Shown: positions 52,404-63,004, counted from the first letter of the stretch. The stretch: DNA of 64,000 bases from Candidatus Poribacteria bacterium (GCA_965205025.1 CBDBFU010000014.1:128001-192000), one strand, 5' to 3'. Notes: generated from the letters alone by a model not told the origin. Translations and numbers: made by a program.

Positions 52404-55400
52404 ATGAATACAAGAGAAGGTTATACCGAACTACAATCTAAGATATTAGATGCACGACGTGTATGGAAACGAAGCCTCTTCTGGACAGGAGCCGCTATCG
52501 TAATTATCGGACTTCTTGCGATCCTTGTTGGAGAATCAATTGTAGATTGGTTGATGCCACTCCCAAGTACTGTTCGGGTTGTAATGCTTGTAGGTATTGT
52601 TGTAGCAGTAATCTACCTACTATATAGACACATCATACAACCCTTGAAAGCTTCGTTAACGTTGCGAGACGTAGCACTAAACGTTGAGGAGAAACATCCC
52701 AATCTTGAAGATAGACTTGTAAGTGCAGTTCAATTCGGATCACGCGAATCTGATGATCCCATTGAATCTCATATGCTACAACGTCTCCTTGAAGATACTA
52801 CTAATAAAATTAAAGGCATTGATTTTAAGGCTACAATTGACCACAGCCGGACTCGAAAATATGTTAGTATTGCAATCTTAGTAATTGCTGCAAGCGGCTT
52901 ACTCACTCTCCTATTTCCCACAGAGATACAGACCAGTTTAATGAGAGTATTGGTTCCATGGGAGAAAACAAAACCCATTTTATCTACGAAAGTTGACGTT
53001 TCACCTGGAAATGCTCGTATTCTTATAGGAAAAAGTTTACCAATTGATGTGACTGTAACTGGAAAAACTGCAGATAAAGCCACACTAACATATTATAGCA
53101 AAGATAACCCACCAACGGTTGATAGTGATGGAAGCAAAAAAGAAATAAATATGCTACAGAATCCTGATGATAAACGGGGTTTTGCCTATGAACTCTTCAA
53201 TATCGAAGCAGAGATGGAATACTTTGTTACTGTCAATGAGACCACATCTGAACGATACACGATTGAGGTATTCGAAATGCCGAGGGTGGAAGATATCTCT
53301 GTCGCATACACCTATCCTGAATATACTGAACTCAGTCCAGTTGTTCAACAAGGAAGTGGAGATGTACAAGCTGTCGTCGGTTCAACAGCAGAAATACGTA
53401 TCACAGCTAATAAAGCAATTCAGAAGGCTAAATTCACACATCAAACTTCAAATACTGAACCTATCATTGATAGGATTAATGAAGAAACAGAAGTCACACC
53501 AGATTCTCCTGCAATGACTATCGCAGACAGCAACATACTGACAAAGACACTACAAGTTACCGAGGATGGAAAATACAGTGTAGAACTGCTCTGTATTGAT
53601 AACTTTAATAATGAAATTCCTATTGAATATAATATAAAAGCAAATCCAGATAACCCTCCAGAAGTGGTAATCAAAGAACCCGGACGCGATGTCAAAGCTT
53701 CAATACTCGAAGAGGTTAAAATCGTCGCAGAAGCTACAGATGACTTTGGGGTTGAACAGTTAAAACTGATGTACCGTACCGGTGCTGGGGAATTACAGGA
53801 ACTCCTTATGGAATCTCCTGTCGAACAACTATCTGAAGATAGTAATACTGGACCTGCAAAACACCTAAAATTTGGTTCATATACCTTCTATTTGGAAGAA
53901 TTTGATGTAGAACCAGGTGAAATATTATCATATTATGCACAGGCTATTGACAACAATATACTAACTGGACCCAGTGAAGGAAAAAGCGATATTTATTTCA
54001 TAGAGATTAAACCCTTTAATCAACGACTTTCTGAGGATGAACCATCAGAAGGTTCTTGTCCAAACCCATTTCTTGAGTTAATTGCTTCACAGAAACAAAT
54101 TATACGTGAAACATGGAAACATATTAACTCACAACCACCCACCATAACAGAAGATTACATATCTGCAGTCAAAAAGACTGGAACGAAGCAATCAGAATTA
54201 AAAGATAAAACTCAGAAGGTTACAGATGGATTGAGCATGCAAATGCAAGAAGTACAAATCGATCCAGAAATCATGATGAATCTTGAAGAAGCTATTGATA
54301 TGATGGGTGAGGCAACAAATCATCTAAATGACACACAACCCACTACTGCAATTCCACCTGAACAAGCCGCTCTTGAACTCCTTAATAAAGTCAATCTGGC
54401 ATTTCCAAAAGTGCTTAGGCAAGCAAGGAATAGCCAACCCCAACTTGCTGAGAACTTTGAACTGGAAATGGAAGATCTGCAGAATGAACTTGAGCAAGAT
54501 CAGGAAGAACTCGAACGGGAGATGCAAGAACAGACACAGGAAATGTTAGACCAAGCCAGAGAAATGCTGGCACAACAACAGAATCTAAATCAACAGAGTC
54601 AACAAATGGGGAGAGAAAGTCAACCATCTCCAAGTGATATGCAGCAGAACAGTCAACAACAAGGAGAATTAGCACAACAAGCACAGCAGATGTCCCAACA
54701 ACTCGCTGAAATGCAAGGCAATGCTCAGGACACACAGAGCGAACGTTTATCACAAGCAGGACAAGCGATGGGGCAAGCCGGTGAACAAATGCAACAAGCA
54801 TCACAAGGAATGGAACAGCAACAACCCCAATTGAGTGCCGCAAAAGGTGAAAAAGCTGAAGAACGACTTGAACAAGCCATCGATCAACTTGAAAGGGCTG
54901 CCGCTGAATTCACTGATAACGCATTAGAGAGAACAGCTGAACAACTACAACAGTTGACCGCTGAACAATCTGATGTTCAACAGCAAACACAAGAATTACG
55001 AGAAAGATCTCAGGAAACTGGGATGCGTCCAGAAGATTACAGACAGGCTTCTGAACTCGCAAATGAACAACGCCAACTCCAACGAGACTTAGAATCTGTT
55101 GAAGAGAATTTGAATAATCTATCAGAGCAACTCAACCAAGAGAATCCTGAGGCTGCACAGAATGTTCAGGACGCATCAAGGCGACTCTCTGAAGAACAAA
55201 CTTCAGAAGATATGGGGACGGCTCAAAGAGCATTACAATGGCGAAGTCTACAATCTGCTGAGTTAAATCAACAAGAAGCTCTTGATACACTACGAGAAGC
55301 ACAAAATGATCTGCAACAGGCAAGATCTAACATGGCACGCAATGAAGAAGAACAACTTGAAGCTACGCTTGACCAGCTCCAAAGTTTTGAAGAACAGATG

Positions 55401-55904
55401 CAGGATATTCAACGCGAACGGGAAGCGATGGAAGGACAAGAACAAACAGAGGAGCAACAACAGCGAGAACAACAACTTGCTGAACAACAACAGCAACTCG
55501 AAGAGCGTATGCAACAAGCACAACAAGCCATGCAAAATGCACAGCAAGGTCAACAACCCGGTGAACAACTCGGACAGCAGGGAGAGCAACCCGCACAGCA
55601 GGGACAACGGGGACAAGAACCCGCAGAAAATGACTTAGCAAGAAGTGGTCCAGAATCCAATCGTGAGATCAAGGAACTCTGGTTAGATCTTATTGACAGT
55701 ATGCAGTATCGTGCCGGAAATCGTAAGAATCCGTTCCCAAATTATGAACTCGCAATACGAGATCTGAGAAAACTTGAGACCGCTATTGAAGAACGGCTTA
55801 ACCTCCTACAAGAGATGAAACAACTAACTCAAGTTGCTAAGGAAGATGTACCACCAAAATACCGAAGACTTGTTGACAACTACTACGAATCTTTAGCAAA
55901 GTAG
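52404..55904 (+). CDS. DUF4175-like protein, copy 2 (tandem paralog)
   Basis: Nearly identical to 48144-51653. Confidence 0.8.
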   Translation: MNTREGYTELQSKILDARRVWKRSLFWTGAAIVIIGLLAILVGESIVDWLMPLPSTVRVVMLVGIVVAVIYLLYRHIIQPLKASLTLRDVALNVEEKHPNLEDRLVSAVQFGSRESDDPIESHMLQRLLEDTTNKIKGIDFKATIDHSRTRKYVSIAILVIAASGLLTLLFPTEIQTSLMRVLVPWEKTKPILSTKVDVSPGNARILIGKSLPIDVTVTGKTADKATLTYYSKDNPPTVDSDGSKKEINMLQNPDDKRGFAYELFNIEAEMEYFVTVNETTSERYTIEVFEMPRVEDISVAYTYPEYTELSPVVQQGSGDVQAVVGSTAEIRITANKAIQKAKFTHQTSNTEPIIDRINEETEVTPDSPAMTIADSNILTKTLQVTEDGKYSVELLCIDNFNNEIPIEYNIKANPDNPPEVVIKEPGRDVKASILEEVKIVAEATDDFGVEQLKLMYRTGAGELQELLMESPVEQLSEDSNTGPAKHLKFGSYTFYLEEFDVEPGEILSYYAQAIDNNILTGPSEGKSDIYFIEIKPFNQRLSEDEPSEGSCPNPFLELIASQKQIIRETWKHINSQPPTITEDYISAVKKTGTKQSELKDKTQKVTDGLSMQMQEVQIDPEIMMNLEEAIDMMGEATNHLNDTQPTTAIPPEQAALELLNKVNLAFPKVLRQARNSQPQLAENFELEMEDLQNELEQDQEELEREMQEQTQEMLDQAREMLAQQQNLNQQSQQMGRESQPSPSDMQQNSQQQGELAQQAQQMSQQLAEMQGNAQDTQSERLSQAGQAMGQAGEQMQQASQGMEQQQPQLSAAKGEKAEERLEQAIDQLERAAAEFTDNALERTAEQLQQLTAEQSDVQQQTQELRERSQETGMRPEDYRQASELANEQRQLQRDLESVEENLNNLSEQLNQENPEAAQNVQDASRRLSEEQTSEDMGTAQRALQWRSLQSAELNQQEALDTLREAQNDLQQARSNMARNEEEQLEATLDQLQSFEEQMQDIQREREAMEGQEQTEEQQQREQQLAEQQQQLEERMQQAQQAMQNAQQGQQPGEQLGQQGEQPAQQGQRGQEPAENDLARSGPESNREIKELWLDLIDSMQYRAGNRKNPFPNYELAIRDLRKLETAIEERLNLLQEMKQLTQVAKEDVPPKYRRLVDNYYESLAK

Positions 55905-55932
55905 ATAGCAGCATTCTACTTAAGAAAAATTT

Positions 55933-55964
55933 GGGACAATATGGGAAAACCCAGTTGTCCCTTT
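55933..55964 (+). terminator. Rho-independent terminator (duplicate)
   Basis: Identical to the 51682 hairpin. Confidence 0.75.
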
Positions 55965-56003
55965 CTTATACCAATTCTTATAATTATAGTCTCTTTAATG
56001 TAA

Positions 56004-56116
56004 TACCATTTCTAATTGAAAATGTCTCTTTTTTGTACCACAAACTTTCAGTTTGTGACCTGAAAAATGACTACCATAATAACCACCTAATGAGACAATA
56101 ATTTATAGAAATGGTA
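56004..56116. mobile_element. MITE family A abutting a truncated family A left end (55969-56003)
   Basis: TIR taccatttcta/tagaaatggta, cargo gtaccacaaactttcagtttgtg. Confidence 0.85.
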
Positions 56117-56190
56117 TTACACATTGAAGGGAACAGTTGTTCTTACTACAGAATACTCTAATCACTTTACAATTATAATGGAGGATAACT

Positions 56191-57018
56191 ATGGCACAAC
56201 CTTTTATTGTTAAGCCTGGTGGAAAGATAAGTCTTAACGGTGGCGGAGAGGATTTCAATCCTGAACATTCACCAGAATTTACCGGGTCTTACCGAAAAAA
56301 AGGTGATACAAAGAAATATCTGAAAAAGCTACATAAACAGATGTTAAAGCTTCAAGAACTATTATACGCTGGAGGAGAACACGCAGTCCTAATTATCCTT
56401 CAAGGTATGGATACCTGTGGAAAAGATGGAACTATCCGAAAGGTAATGGGAGGTATTAATGTCCAAGGGTGTAATGTCGTCAATTTTAAAGTTCCTACAA
56501 TAGATGAGATTTCTCGTGATTACCTATGGCGAGCACACAAAGCTGTACCACAGAGAGGTAAAATAGGAATCTTCAATCGGTCCCATTATGAAGATGTTCT
56601 TGTTGTTAGGGTACATGATCTCGTACCAAAATCAGTTTGGAAACAACGCTATCAACAGATTAACGACTTTGAAAAAATGCTGGTGGAAAATGGAACAATT
56701 GTCTTGAAATTCTTTCTGAACATCTCAAAAGATGAACAGAAAGAACGGTTAGAATCACGAATAAACGATCCTACCAAGCATTGGAAAATTACCAAAGCCG
56801 ATATACGTGAACGTTCATATTGGGATGATTACATGGAAGCTTATGAAGATGCACTCAATAACTGTAGTACGGATTGGGCACCGTGGTATGTTATTCCCGC
56901 CAATAAAAAATGGTATCGTAATCTGGTTATTACTGAGAGAATTGTAAATACTCTTGAAGATATGCACATGAAATACCCAGAACCCGATTCTGATGTTTCC
57001 AAACTTATTGTTGAATAA
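56191..57018 (+). CDS. ppk2: Polyphosphate kinase 2 family protein
   Basis: QGMDTCGKDG Walker A, FNRSHYE and APWYVIPANKKW motifs. Confidence 0.92.
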   Translation: MAQPFIVKPGGKISLNGGGEDFNPEHSPEFTGSYRKKGDTKKYLKKLHKQMLKLQELLYAGGEHAVLIILQGMDTCGKDGTIRKVMGGINVQGCNVVNFKVPTIDEISRDYLWRAHKAVPQRGKIGIFNRSHYEDVLVVRVHDLVPKSVWKQRYQQINDFEKMLVENGTIVLKFFLNISKDEQKERLESRINDPTKHWKITKADIRERSYWDDYMEAYEDALNNCSTDWAPWYVIPANKKWYRNLVITERIVNTLEDMHMKYPEPDSDVSKLIVE

Positions 57019-57035
57019 AGAATACAGGAAAACTC

Positions 57036-57332
57036 ATGAAAGTCAATCTCCTAAGTAACAATAAAAAACTTGTAAGTATAGTAATGCTCGTAGGTTCACT
57101 ATTGATATGTATAGGTATATTGCTGAATATCGCAAATATCTGGATGAGTTTTTCAATATGTCTATTAGGTGCAGGATTAATCACCGCTTTTTGGAGTGCT
57201 TTCTCACACAATATCATTAAGGCAAAGGAGACAGGAGTTAAACCATCACGGTTTGTAGGTAATATCTCTTTCATGATATTGTCCATATTCTGGATAGGCA
57301 TATTAGTTTGGATATACTCCACAATATATTAA
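57036..57332 (+). CDS. Small membrane protein
   Basis: Three hydrophobic segments; AGGA RBS. Confidence 0.65.
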   Translation: MKVNLLSNNKKLVSIVMLVGSLLICIGILLNIANIWMSFSICLLGAGLITAFWSAFSHNIIKAKETGVKPSRFVGNISFMILSIFWIGILVWIYSTIY

Positions 57333-57385
57333 TCTAAATATGCCATGTACACCTATCTTCTGTATTGAATCTTAAGGAACATTGA

Positions 57386-58165
57386 ATGCTCTCGACTGAA
57401 CAGTTAGAACAATTTGAAGAAAAAGGGTATCTTTTACTATCTGGGTTAATTCCCAAGAAAACCATTAAAAACGCAGAACAAGCCATGTGGCATTCTTTGG
57501 GGATGGATCCAGATGATTCTGAAACATGGGAGCAGGTGAAACGTCCATTTCTAACCGGTTTTTATATAGAGAAGATGTCTAATGAAAACCGAATTGAACT
57601 CTTTGGTCTTACACATCCAGATATTCTTGCATGTTGTACGCCTGAATACCGAACCGTTCTCATGCAACTTGCCGAAAGATATCCTGAAATACCCCATTGT
57701 AAATGCAGTGAACCTGATAGTGTATGGGCGATGAACCAATTCCCTGATCCATCTGAATGGAGAGTCACTACACCCCATCTGGATGGATATTCCAGAGATT
57801 TACGGTTGGATCCAGGTACATTCCGGGCAAGCAGTCTCACCTATCTTACCGATGCTAACCCACAACAAGGAAATACTGTGATTTGGCCTGAAGGACCGGA
57901 ACGCATACGTTCATTCCGAAAAAAGAATCCAGATTTTTCTAATCATATACAAGATATCCGAAAGATATTCTTAGATATTGAACTTGGTGAACCAATGGAA
58001 ATTGTTGCTAAGCAAGGCGATGTACTACTATTCCATCATTTATTACCACATACGAGTACAATTAACGCGACCCCATCACCCCGCTTCGCAATTCGTTATA
58101 TGTGCCTGTGTTTTGAGTGCCGTCCTTGGCAAAAAAGAGGAGAATGGAACATCTGGATGCCATAG
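57386..58165 (+). CDS. PhyH family dioxygenase
   Basis: FEEKGYL, PHLD, GDVLLFHHLLPH and PRF motifs. Confidence 0.85.
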   Translation: MLSTEQLEQFEEKGYLLLSGLIPKKTIKNAEQAMWHSLGMDPDDSETWEQVKRPFLTGFYIEKMSNENRIELFGLTHPDILACCTPEYRTVLMQLAERYPEIPHCKCSEPDSVWAMNQFPDPSEWRVTTPHLDGYSRDLRLDPGTFRASSLTYLTDANPQQGNTVIWPEGPERIRSFRKKNPDFSNHIQDIRKIFLDIELGEPMEIVAKQGDVLLFHHLLPHTSTINATPSPRFAIRYMCLCFECRPWQKRGEWNIWMP

Positions 58166-58218
58166 ATTCACTGATTTGATGAATGAACTGACACAGAAAT
58201 TTGAATGGAAATTTGAAG

Positions 58219-59445
58219 ATGGATTTATCAAGAATTGTTCCTCGCATTGAATCCTTACGGGTCAAGAACTATCGTGCATTACAAGATGTCAAAATACGAG
58301 GTATTACCCCGGTAACAGCATTTTTAGGCTCAAACGGAAGTGGAAAATCAACACTTTTTGATGTCTTTGCATTTCTTGCAGAATGCTTCACAGAGGGTTT
58401 ACGTCGCGCTTGGGATAAACGTGGACGTTTCAATGAATTAAGAACACGGGGCAATGATGGACCTATAGAGTTTGAATTGAAGTACCGAGAAAAGCCTAAT
58501 ACTCCTATTATTACCTATAAATTAACCATTAATGAAACAAAAAAGGGACCAATCGTTGAAAATGAATCATTACAATGGAGACGTAAACGCTATGGAAAAC
58601 CATTCCGCTTCCTGGATTTTGGTAAAGGTAGAGGAAATGTAATTACAGGTGAAATGCCAGACGAGACAGATACACGAATTGAGGAACAGTTGGATGATCC
58701 ATCGATGCTGGCAGTCAGCACTCTTGGACAATTAGCCAGACACCCACGCGTTAGTGCTCTTCGAAGATTTATTACTGGATGGCATCTCTCCTATCTTTCT
58801 GCCGACGCTACACGGGGGATACCAGAAGCTGGACCCCAGGAAAGATTATCTGAATCAGGAAATAATCTACCAAATGTTATACAGTATTTGAAGGAACAAC
58901 ATAAAGACAGGTTGGATGAAATACTCTCAATTTTATCCAGAAGAGTTCCAAGATTAGAAAAGGTGGACGCTGAAATTATGTTGGACGGACGTCTTTTGTT
59001 ACAAATTAAAGATGCTCCATTTGATCAGCCAATATTAGCTAAATTCGTATCTGATGGAACACTGAAGATGCTATCCTATCTAACCTTATTATATGATCCT
59101 GAACCTCCGTTGCTAATTGGTATTGAAGAACCAGAGAATTATCTACATCCACGTTTGTTGAATGGTTTGGCAGAGGAATGTCATAAAGTGTCGGCATTAT
59201 CTCAAGTAATGATTACAACCCATTCACCACAATTTATTAATGAATTTCGTGCTCAAGAGGTATGGGTTCTATATAGGGATGAAAAAGGTTTTACTGTATG
59301 TAAACGCACTTCAGATATGCAGGGGGTCAATGAGTTTATCGCGACAGGGGCTAAGTTAGGACAGTTATGGATGGAGGGCTATTTTGAATTTGGTGATCCA
59401 TTAACTAATTCTGACAATCTAATAGGAAATAGACATGCATCTTGA
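58219..59445 (+). CDS. AAA_15/AAA_21-type (ABC-like) ATPase
   Basis: [30 protein letters not shown] and TTHS motifs. Confidence 0.92.
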   Translation: MDLSRIVPRIESLRVKNYRALQDVKIRGITPVTAFLGSNGSGKSTLFDVFAFLAECFTEGLRRAWDKRGRFNELRTRGNDGPIEFELKYREKPNTPIITYKLTINETKKGPIVENESLQWRRKRYGKPFRFLDFGKGRGNVITGEMPDETDTRIEEQLDDPSMLAVSTLGQLARHPRVSALRRFITGWHLSYLSADATRGIPEAGPQERLSESGNNLPNVIQYLKEQHKDRLDEILSILSRRVPRLEKVDAEIMLDGRLLLQIKDAPFDQPILAKFVSDGTLKMLSYLTLLYDPEPPLLIGIEEPENYLHPRLLNGLAEECHKVSALSQVMITTHSPQFINEFRAQEVWVLYRDEKGFTVCKRTSDMQGVNEFIATGAKLGQLWMEGYFEFGDPLTNSDNLIGNRHAS

Positions 59446-60052
59446 ATTCCTCTTGGAAGAACGTTCTACAGAGGTAACACTAATTGAAATATTGTCCAAG
59501 ATTATCCCTGAAAATGTTGACTTCAAATGTCATGTTTTTCAAGGAAAAGAGGATTTACTTAAGCAACTTCCTAATAGGTTGAAAGGGTACCGTCAGTGGA
59601 TACAAGATGATTGGCGGATTGTGGTACTGATTGATGAAGATCGGGAGGATTGTCTTGAACTGAAACAGAAGTTAGAAAATGTTGCACGTCAGGTAGGCTT
59701 TTATACTAAATCCAATAAGTCCCAAACTGGCAACTTTCAAGTAGTTAATCGCATAGCAATTGAAGAATTAGAAGCTTGGTTTTTAGGAGATCCGATAGCA
59801 ATTCGGTATGCTTATCCGAAAGTCTCAAAATCCTTTCATCGCCGTTCCAAGTATCGCAACCCTGATAAGATACAAGGTGGCACCAGTGAAGCATTAGAAC
59901 GATTGTTAAAACAATATTACCCAAATTGGTTCCCTAAGGTTGAAGTTGCCCGAAACATTGCTCACTATATGCAACCAGAACGTAATAAATCAAAAAGTTT
60001 CCAAGTATTCATCGAAGGAGTTAAGGCTTGTGTTGAGAATTACAATGTATAA
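59435..60052 (+). CDS. DUF4276 family (TOPRIM-like) protein
   Basis: [22 protein letters not shown] and NKSKSF motifs; overlaps the ATPase stop. Confidence 0.85.
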   Translation: MHLEFLLEERSTEVTLIEILSKIIPENVDFKCHVFQGKEDLLKQLPNRLKGYRQWIQDDWRIVVLIDEDREDCLELKQKLENVARQVGFYTKSNKSQTGNFQVVNRIAIEELEAWFLGDPIAIRYAYPKVSKSFHRRSKYRNPDKIQGGTSEALERLLKQYYPNWFPKVEVARNIAHYMQPERNKSKSFQVFIEGVKACVENYNV

Positions 60053-60141
60053 TTCAATCCGTATGGATATTCATGTATAGGTATTCAATACAAAAATAGA
60101 AAATTTTACAACTACTCACTAAATCTAATCAAGGAGAACTA

Positions 60142-60936
60142 ATGTTTAATATTCTATATCTTAGAAAATCAAAATCTATAAAGATAATAGCACATAATTA
60201 TGTGTCGTTATTAATTCCTCTGACAGTTCTATTCTGTAGTCTCATCTTCACCCCAGTAGTTAAGGCACAAGATATATTACTACAAACAGGATTTGAGGAT
60301 TTCACTATAGGTGAACCACCAACTGATTGGCAGGTAAGAGGGGAACAGATCAATGTTACCGACGAAACCGCTAAAAACGGTAATAAGTCTCTCGGAATTT
60401 TTGGCGGATCAAATGATGATAGATGTGGGGTCGCTATTGATACAGAAAATCCTATCATTTCTGTCGAATTTTGGGTGTTCATCAATGGATCTGGAAGAGC
60501 ATTCAACCTAAAGGTTATCTCTGATGATAACATCCACGCGAATGACGGTGGAGTATACATGAATTGGAATGTAAATGCAGTCCGTTTATACAACGGATCG
60601 GCATGGGTCGCTATTGGTGAATTCCCATTTGGAAGTTGGAGATATGTTCGAGTTGTCGCAGATGTAAGTAAGAGTGAATTTGATTATTATGTTGGAAAAG
60701 ATAGAGACGAAGCACTATTGGCTGAACCAATTTCAGGACTATCCTTTAGAAAACCTGCCACTAATCCCACAGCACAATGGGTTGTTTTTCATATCTATTC
60801 ATCGGTTGCCCAAGGGTTTGTAGATGATTTACTCATCTATGAAGGCGCAGATCCACCCGTCTCAACACCTGTCGAATCCAAAGATAAGCTTACAACTTAC
60901 TGGGGACAGGTCAAGAAACAATCCCATTTACGATAG
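60142..60936 (+). CDS. Secreted concanavalin A/LamG-like beta-sandwich protein, paralog 1
   Basis: Signal peptide (VKA-Q), GFE, SVEFWV, VDDLLIY; C-terminal KLTTYWGQVK. Confidence 0.7.
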   Translation: MFNILYLRKSKSIKIIAHNYVSLLIPLTVLFCSLIFTPVVKAQDILLQTGFEDFTIGEPPTDWQVRGEQINVTDETAKNGNKSLGIFGGSNDDRCGVAIDTENPIISVEFWVFINGSGRAFNLKVISDDNIHANDGGVYMNWNVNAVRLYNGSAWVAIGEFPFGSWRYVRVVADVSKSEFDYYVGKDRDEALLAEPISGLSFRKPATNPTAQWVVFHIYSSVAQGFVDDLLIYEGADPPVSTPVESKDKLTTYWGQVKKQSHLR

Positions 60937-61008
60937 ATACCATTTATCGTATCGAAGTTTGGTTAGACACAATTAATCGATTAGATACAAATTCGATAAG
61001 GAGAGAAA

Positions 61009-61773
61009 ATGAAGAAAAGGTACAGATTCAAAGTCAAGAGAACATCTATAGCAGTAGTACTTGTTCTACCATTAATGTGTCTTCTTCTAAACTTCTATCT
61101 CTTACAAGATGCCGTTTCCCAAAAGGTCTTTATACAAACTGGATTTGAAAAAGAAACCGTGGGTAAACCACCAAAGGATTGGGAAGTTAGAGGTGAAGGT
61201 TTTGAGGTGACAACAGATACCGTCAAAACAGATAAGAAAGCACTTGCAATCTTGCTTGGACCTAATGATGATAGAGTAGGAGTTCCAATTGAAACTGACA
61301 ATCCAATCATTTCAATTGAATTTTGGGTTTATATTGAAGGTGGGGGTAGATCATTTAACCTCAAAATAATTACTGCAGATGATATAGCACAACACAATGG
61401 TGGTCCATATATCAATTGGAATGGTGATTCTGTCCGTCTTTTTGATGGAGCGGCATGGGTTCTAATTGATGAATTTGATACTAATGAATGGATATATGTT
61501 CGCGTTGTTACAGATGTAAGCAAAAGTGAATTTGATTTCTATTCTGGGGAGGATCGAAATCTGGCATTAAAAGACCGTGGTAAAAAAGGACTCCCATTTC
61601 GTAACCCCGCAGTAAATCCTACTGCCAAATGGGTTGCTTTCCATGTTTATTCAATGACAGCACCTGCCTATGTAGATGATGTGTTAATCTACGAAGGCGA
61701 CGAACCGATAAACTTGGCAGTTGATCCACTCGGAAAACTCACGACTTTCTGGGGAAATATTAAAAAGGAATAA
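61009..61773 (+). CDS. Secreted concanavalin A/LamG-like protein, paralog 2
   Basis: Collinear with paralog 1; C-terminal KLTTFWGNIK. Confidence 0.7.
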   Translation: MKKRYRFKVKRTSIAVVLVLPLMCLLLNFYLLQDAVSQKVFIQTGFEKETVGKPPKDWEVRGEGFEVTTDTVKTDKKALAILLGPNDDRVGVPIETDNPIISIEFWVYIEGGGRSFNLKIITADDIAQHNGGPYINWNGDSVRLFDGAAWVLIDEFDTNEWIYVRVVTDVSKSEFDFYSGEDRNLALKDRGKKGLPFRNPAVNPTAKWVAFHVYSMTAPAYVDDVLIYEGDEPINLAVDPLGKLTTFWGNIKKE

Positions 61774-61843
61774 TCCTTTAGTCTCACCAAGAAACAAAGG
61801 ACAGATACATGATATGAATCAATAATAACATTAATTTCTACCT

Positions 61844-61902
61844 TGTACCACAAACTTCCAGTTTGTGCCTCTTGATGTCTCAAACTGGAAGTTCACCTTA
61901 CA
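61844..61902. repeat. Inverted REP-like doublet
   Basis: gtaccacaaacttccagtttgtg...caaactggaagtt...ttaca. Confidence 0.65.
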
Positions 61903-61991
61903 GAAATTGACTAACTATCAGCATTTCCAATTAAAGACTGTGTTTCCATGTCAAAAAACCTATAGGTAACAACTTAGCATAAAATTAGTAA

Positions 61992-62107
61992 TACCATTTC
62001 TGATAATTAATGTCTCTCTTATGTGGTGTAGCATAAACTTCCAGTTTGTGCGGTATTCAAGACAAGTTTGACAACTGTTCATGGGATAAACATTTATAGA
62101 AATGGTA
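61992..62107. mobile_element. MITE family A with REP cargo
   Basis: TIR taccatttct/agaaatggta, TAA TSD, cargo gtagcataaacttccagtttgtg. Confidence 0.85.
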
Positions 62108-62150
62108 TAAGTATCCTTGGAAATTGAAGTGAATTAAATAGAGGTGTATT

Positions 62151-62966
62151 ATGGATAACGGAACAGTTAAACTCACACCCGCACAGAGGTTACACTTTGA
62201 CATATACGGGTTCGTCCTATTAGAAAATGTACTCACCAAAAATGAAATTGAACGGATGAAAAACGCACTTTATAAAATAAAAGCTGATGATTTAATCGAG
62301 GATCAACGAGTTTATGTCCGTCCAAATGGCGAACACCATGTACTGTTCGGTAATCTTGTGGAGTATGATCCCGCACTATTAGATTATGCTGCACATCCAA
62401 AACTGGTTCCACTCGTTGAAGAAGTAGTAGGAGGAGCAGTTCGGCTTGAGGAAACAGAAGCTATCATCAACAGTCGAAACCCAGATGTTGATTTAGATCA
62501 ACTTTTTGATAGGAAATACAACCCCACTGGATTTCATAGAGGAACACAACACGGATGGGGAACATACATCGAACAAGATAAGTTCCACTGTATCTTTGTT
62601 AAAACACTCGCATATCTAACGGATGTAGGTCCAGACGATGGAGGGACATGTCTAATTCCTGGAAGTCACCGATTAACTTGGAATCAACATGAGATGATTG
62701 ATGCTGCAATGTCAGATGATAAACTCATCCATCAAGTTGAAGCGTCTGCAGGGTCGGTATTACTGTTCGGAGAATCACTTATACACAGTACTACAGCAAT
62801 ACGAAGCAATAAAGAACGTGTTATTCTCGTAGCCGGATATACGCCACCTATGGTACGGGAATGGCCAGGAAACGAAGTGAATCCAGAATTTATTGAGACT
62901 CTTCCAGAGGAGATTCGACCACTAATTTCTGGGAGCGACAGTTGGCACTGGAAACGTAGATATTAA
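62151..62966 (+). CDS. PhyH family dioxygenase
   Basis: FDIYGF, GGTCLIPGSH and AGSVLLFGESLIH motifs. Confidence 0.88.
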   Translation: MDNGTVKLTPAQRLHFDIYGFVLLENVLTKNEIERMKNALYKIKADDLIEDQRVYVRPNGEHHVLFGNLVEYDPALLDYAAHPKLVPLVEEVVGGAVRLEETEAIINSRNPDVDLDQLFDRKYNPTGFHRGTQHGWGTYIEQDKFHCIFVKTLAYLTDVGPDDGGTCLIPGSHRLTWNQHEMIDAAMSDDKLIHQVEASAGSVLLFGESLIHSTTAIRSNKERVILVAGYTPPMVREWPGNEVNPEFIETLPEEIRPLISGSDSWHWKRRY

Positions 62967-63004
62967 TACAATACTCAGGTAATAAAGTAAATCTCTACCT
63001 ACCT

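Noticed and set aside
50064-55641. Antisense Leu/Val-rich ORFs
   Set aside because: Shadows of the Q/E-rich DUF4175-like coding strand.
57005-57322. Minus-strand 105-aa ORF
   Set aside because: Antisense to a better-supported plus-strand membrane protein in operon context.
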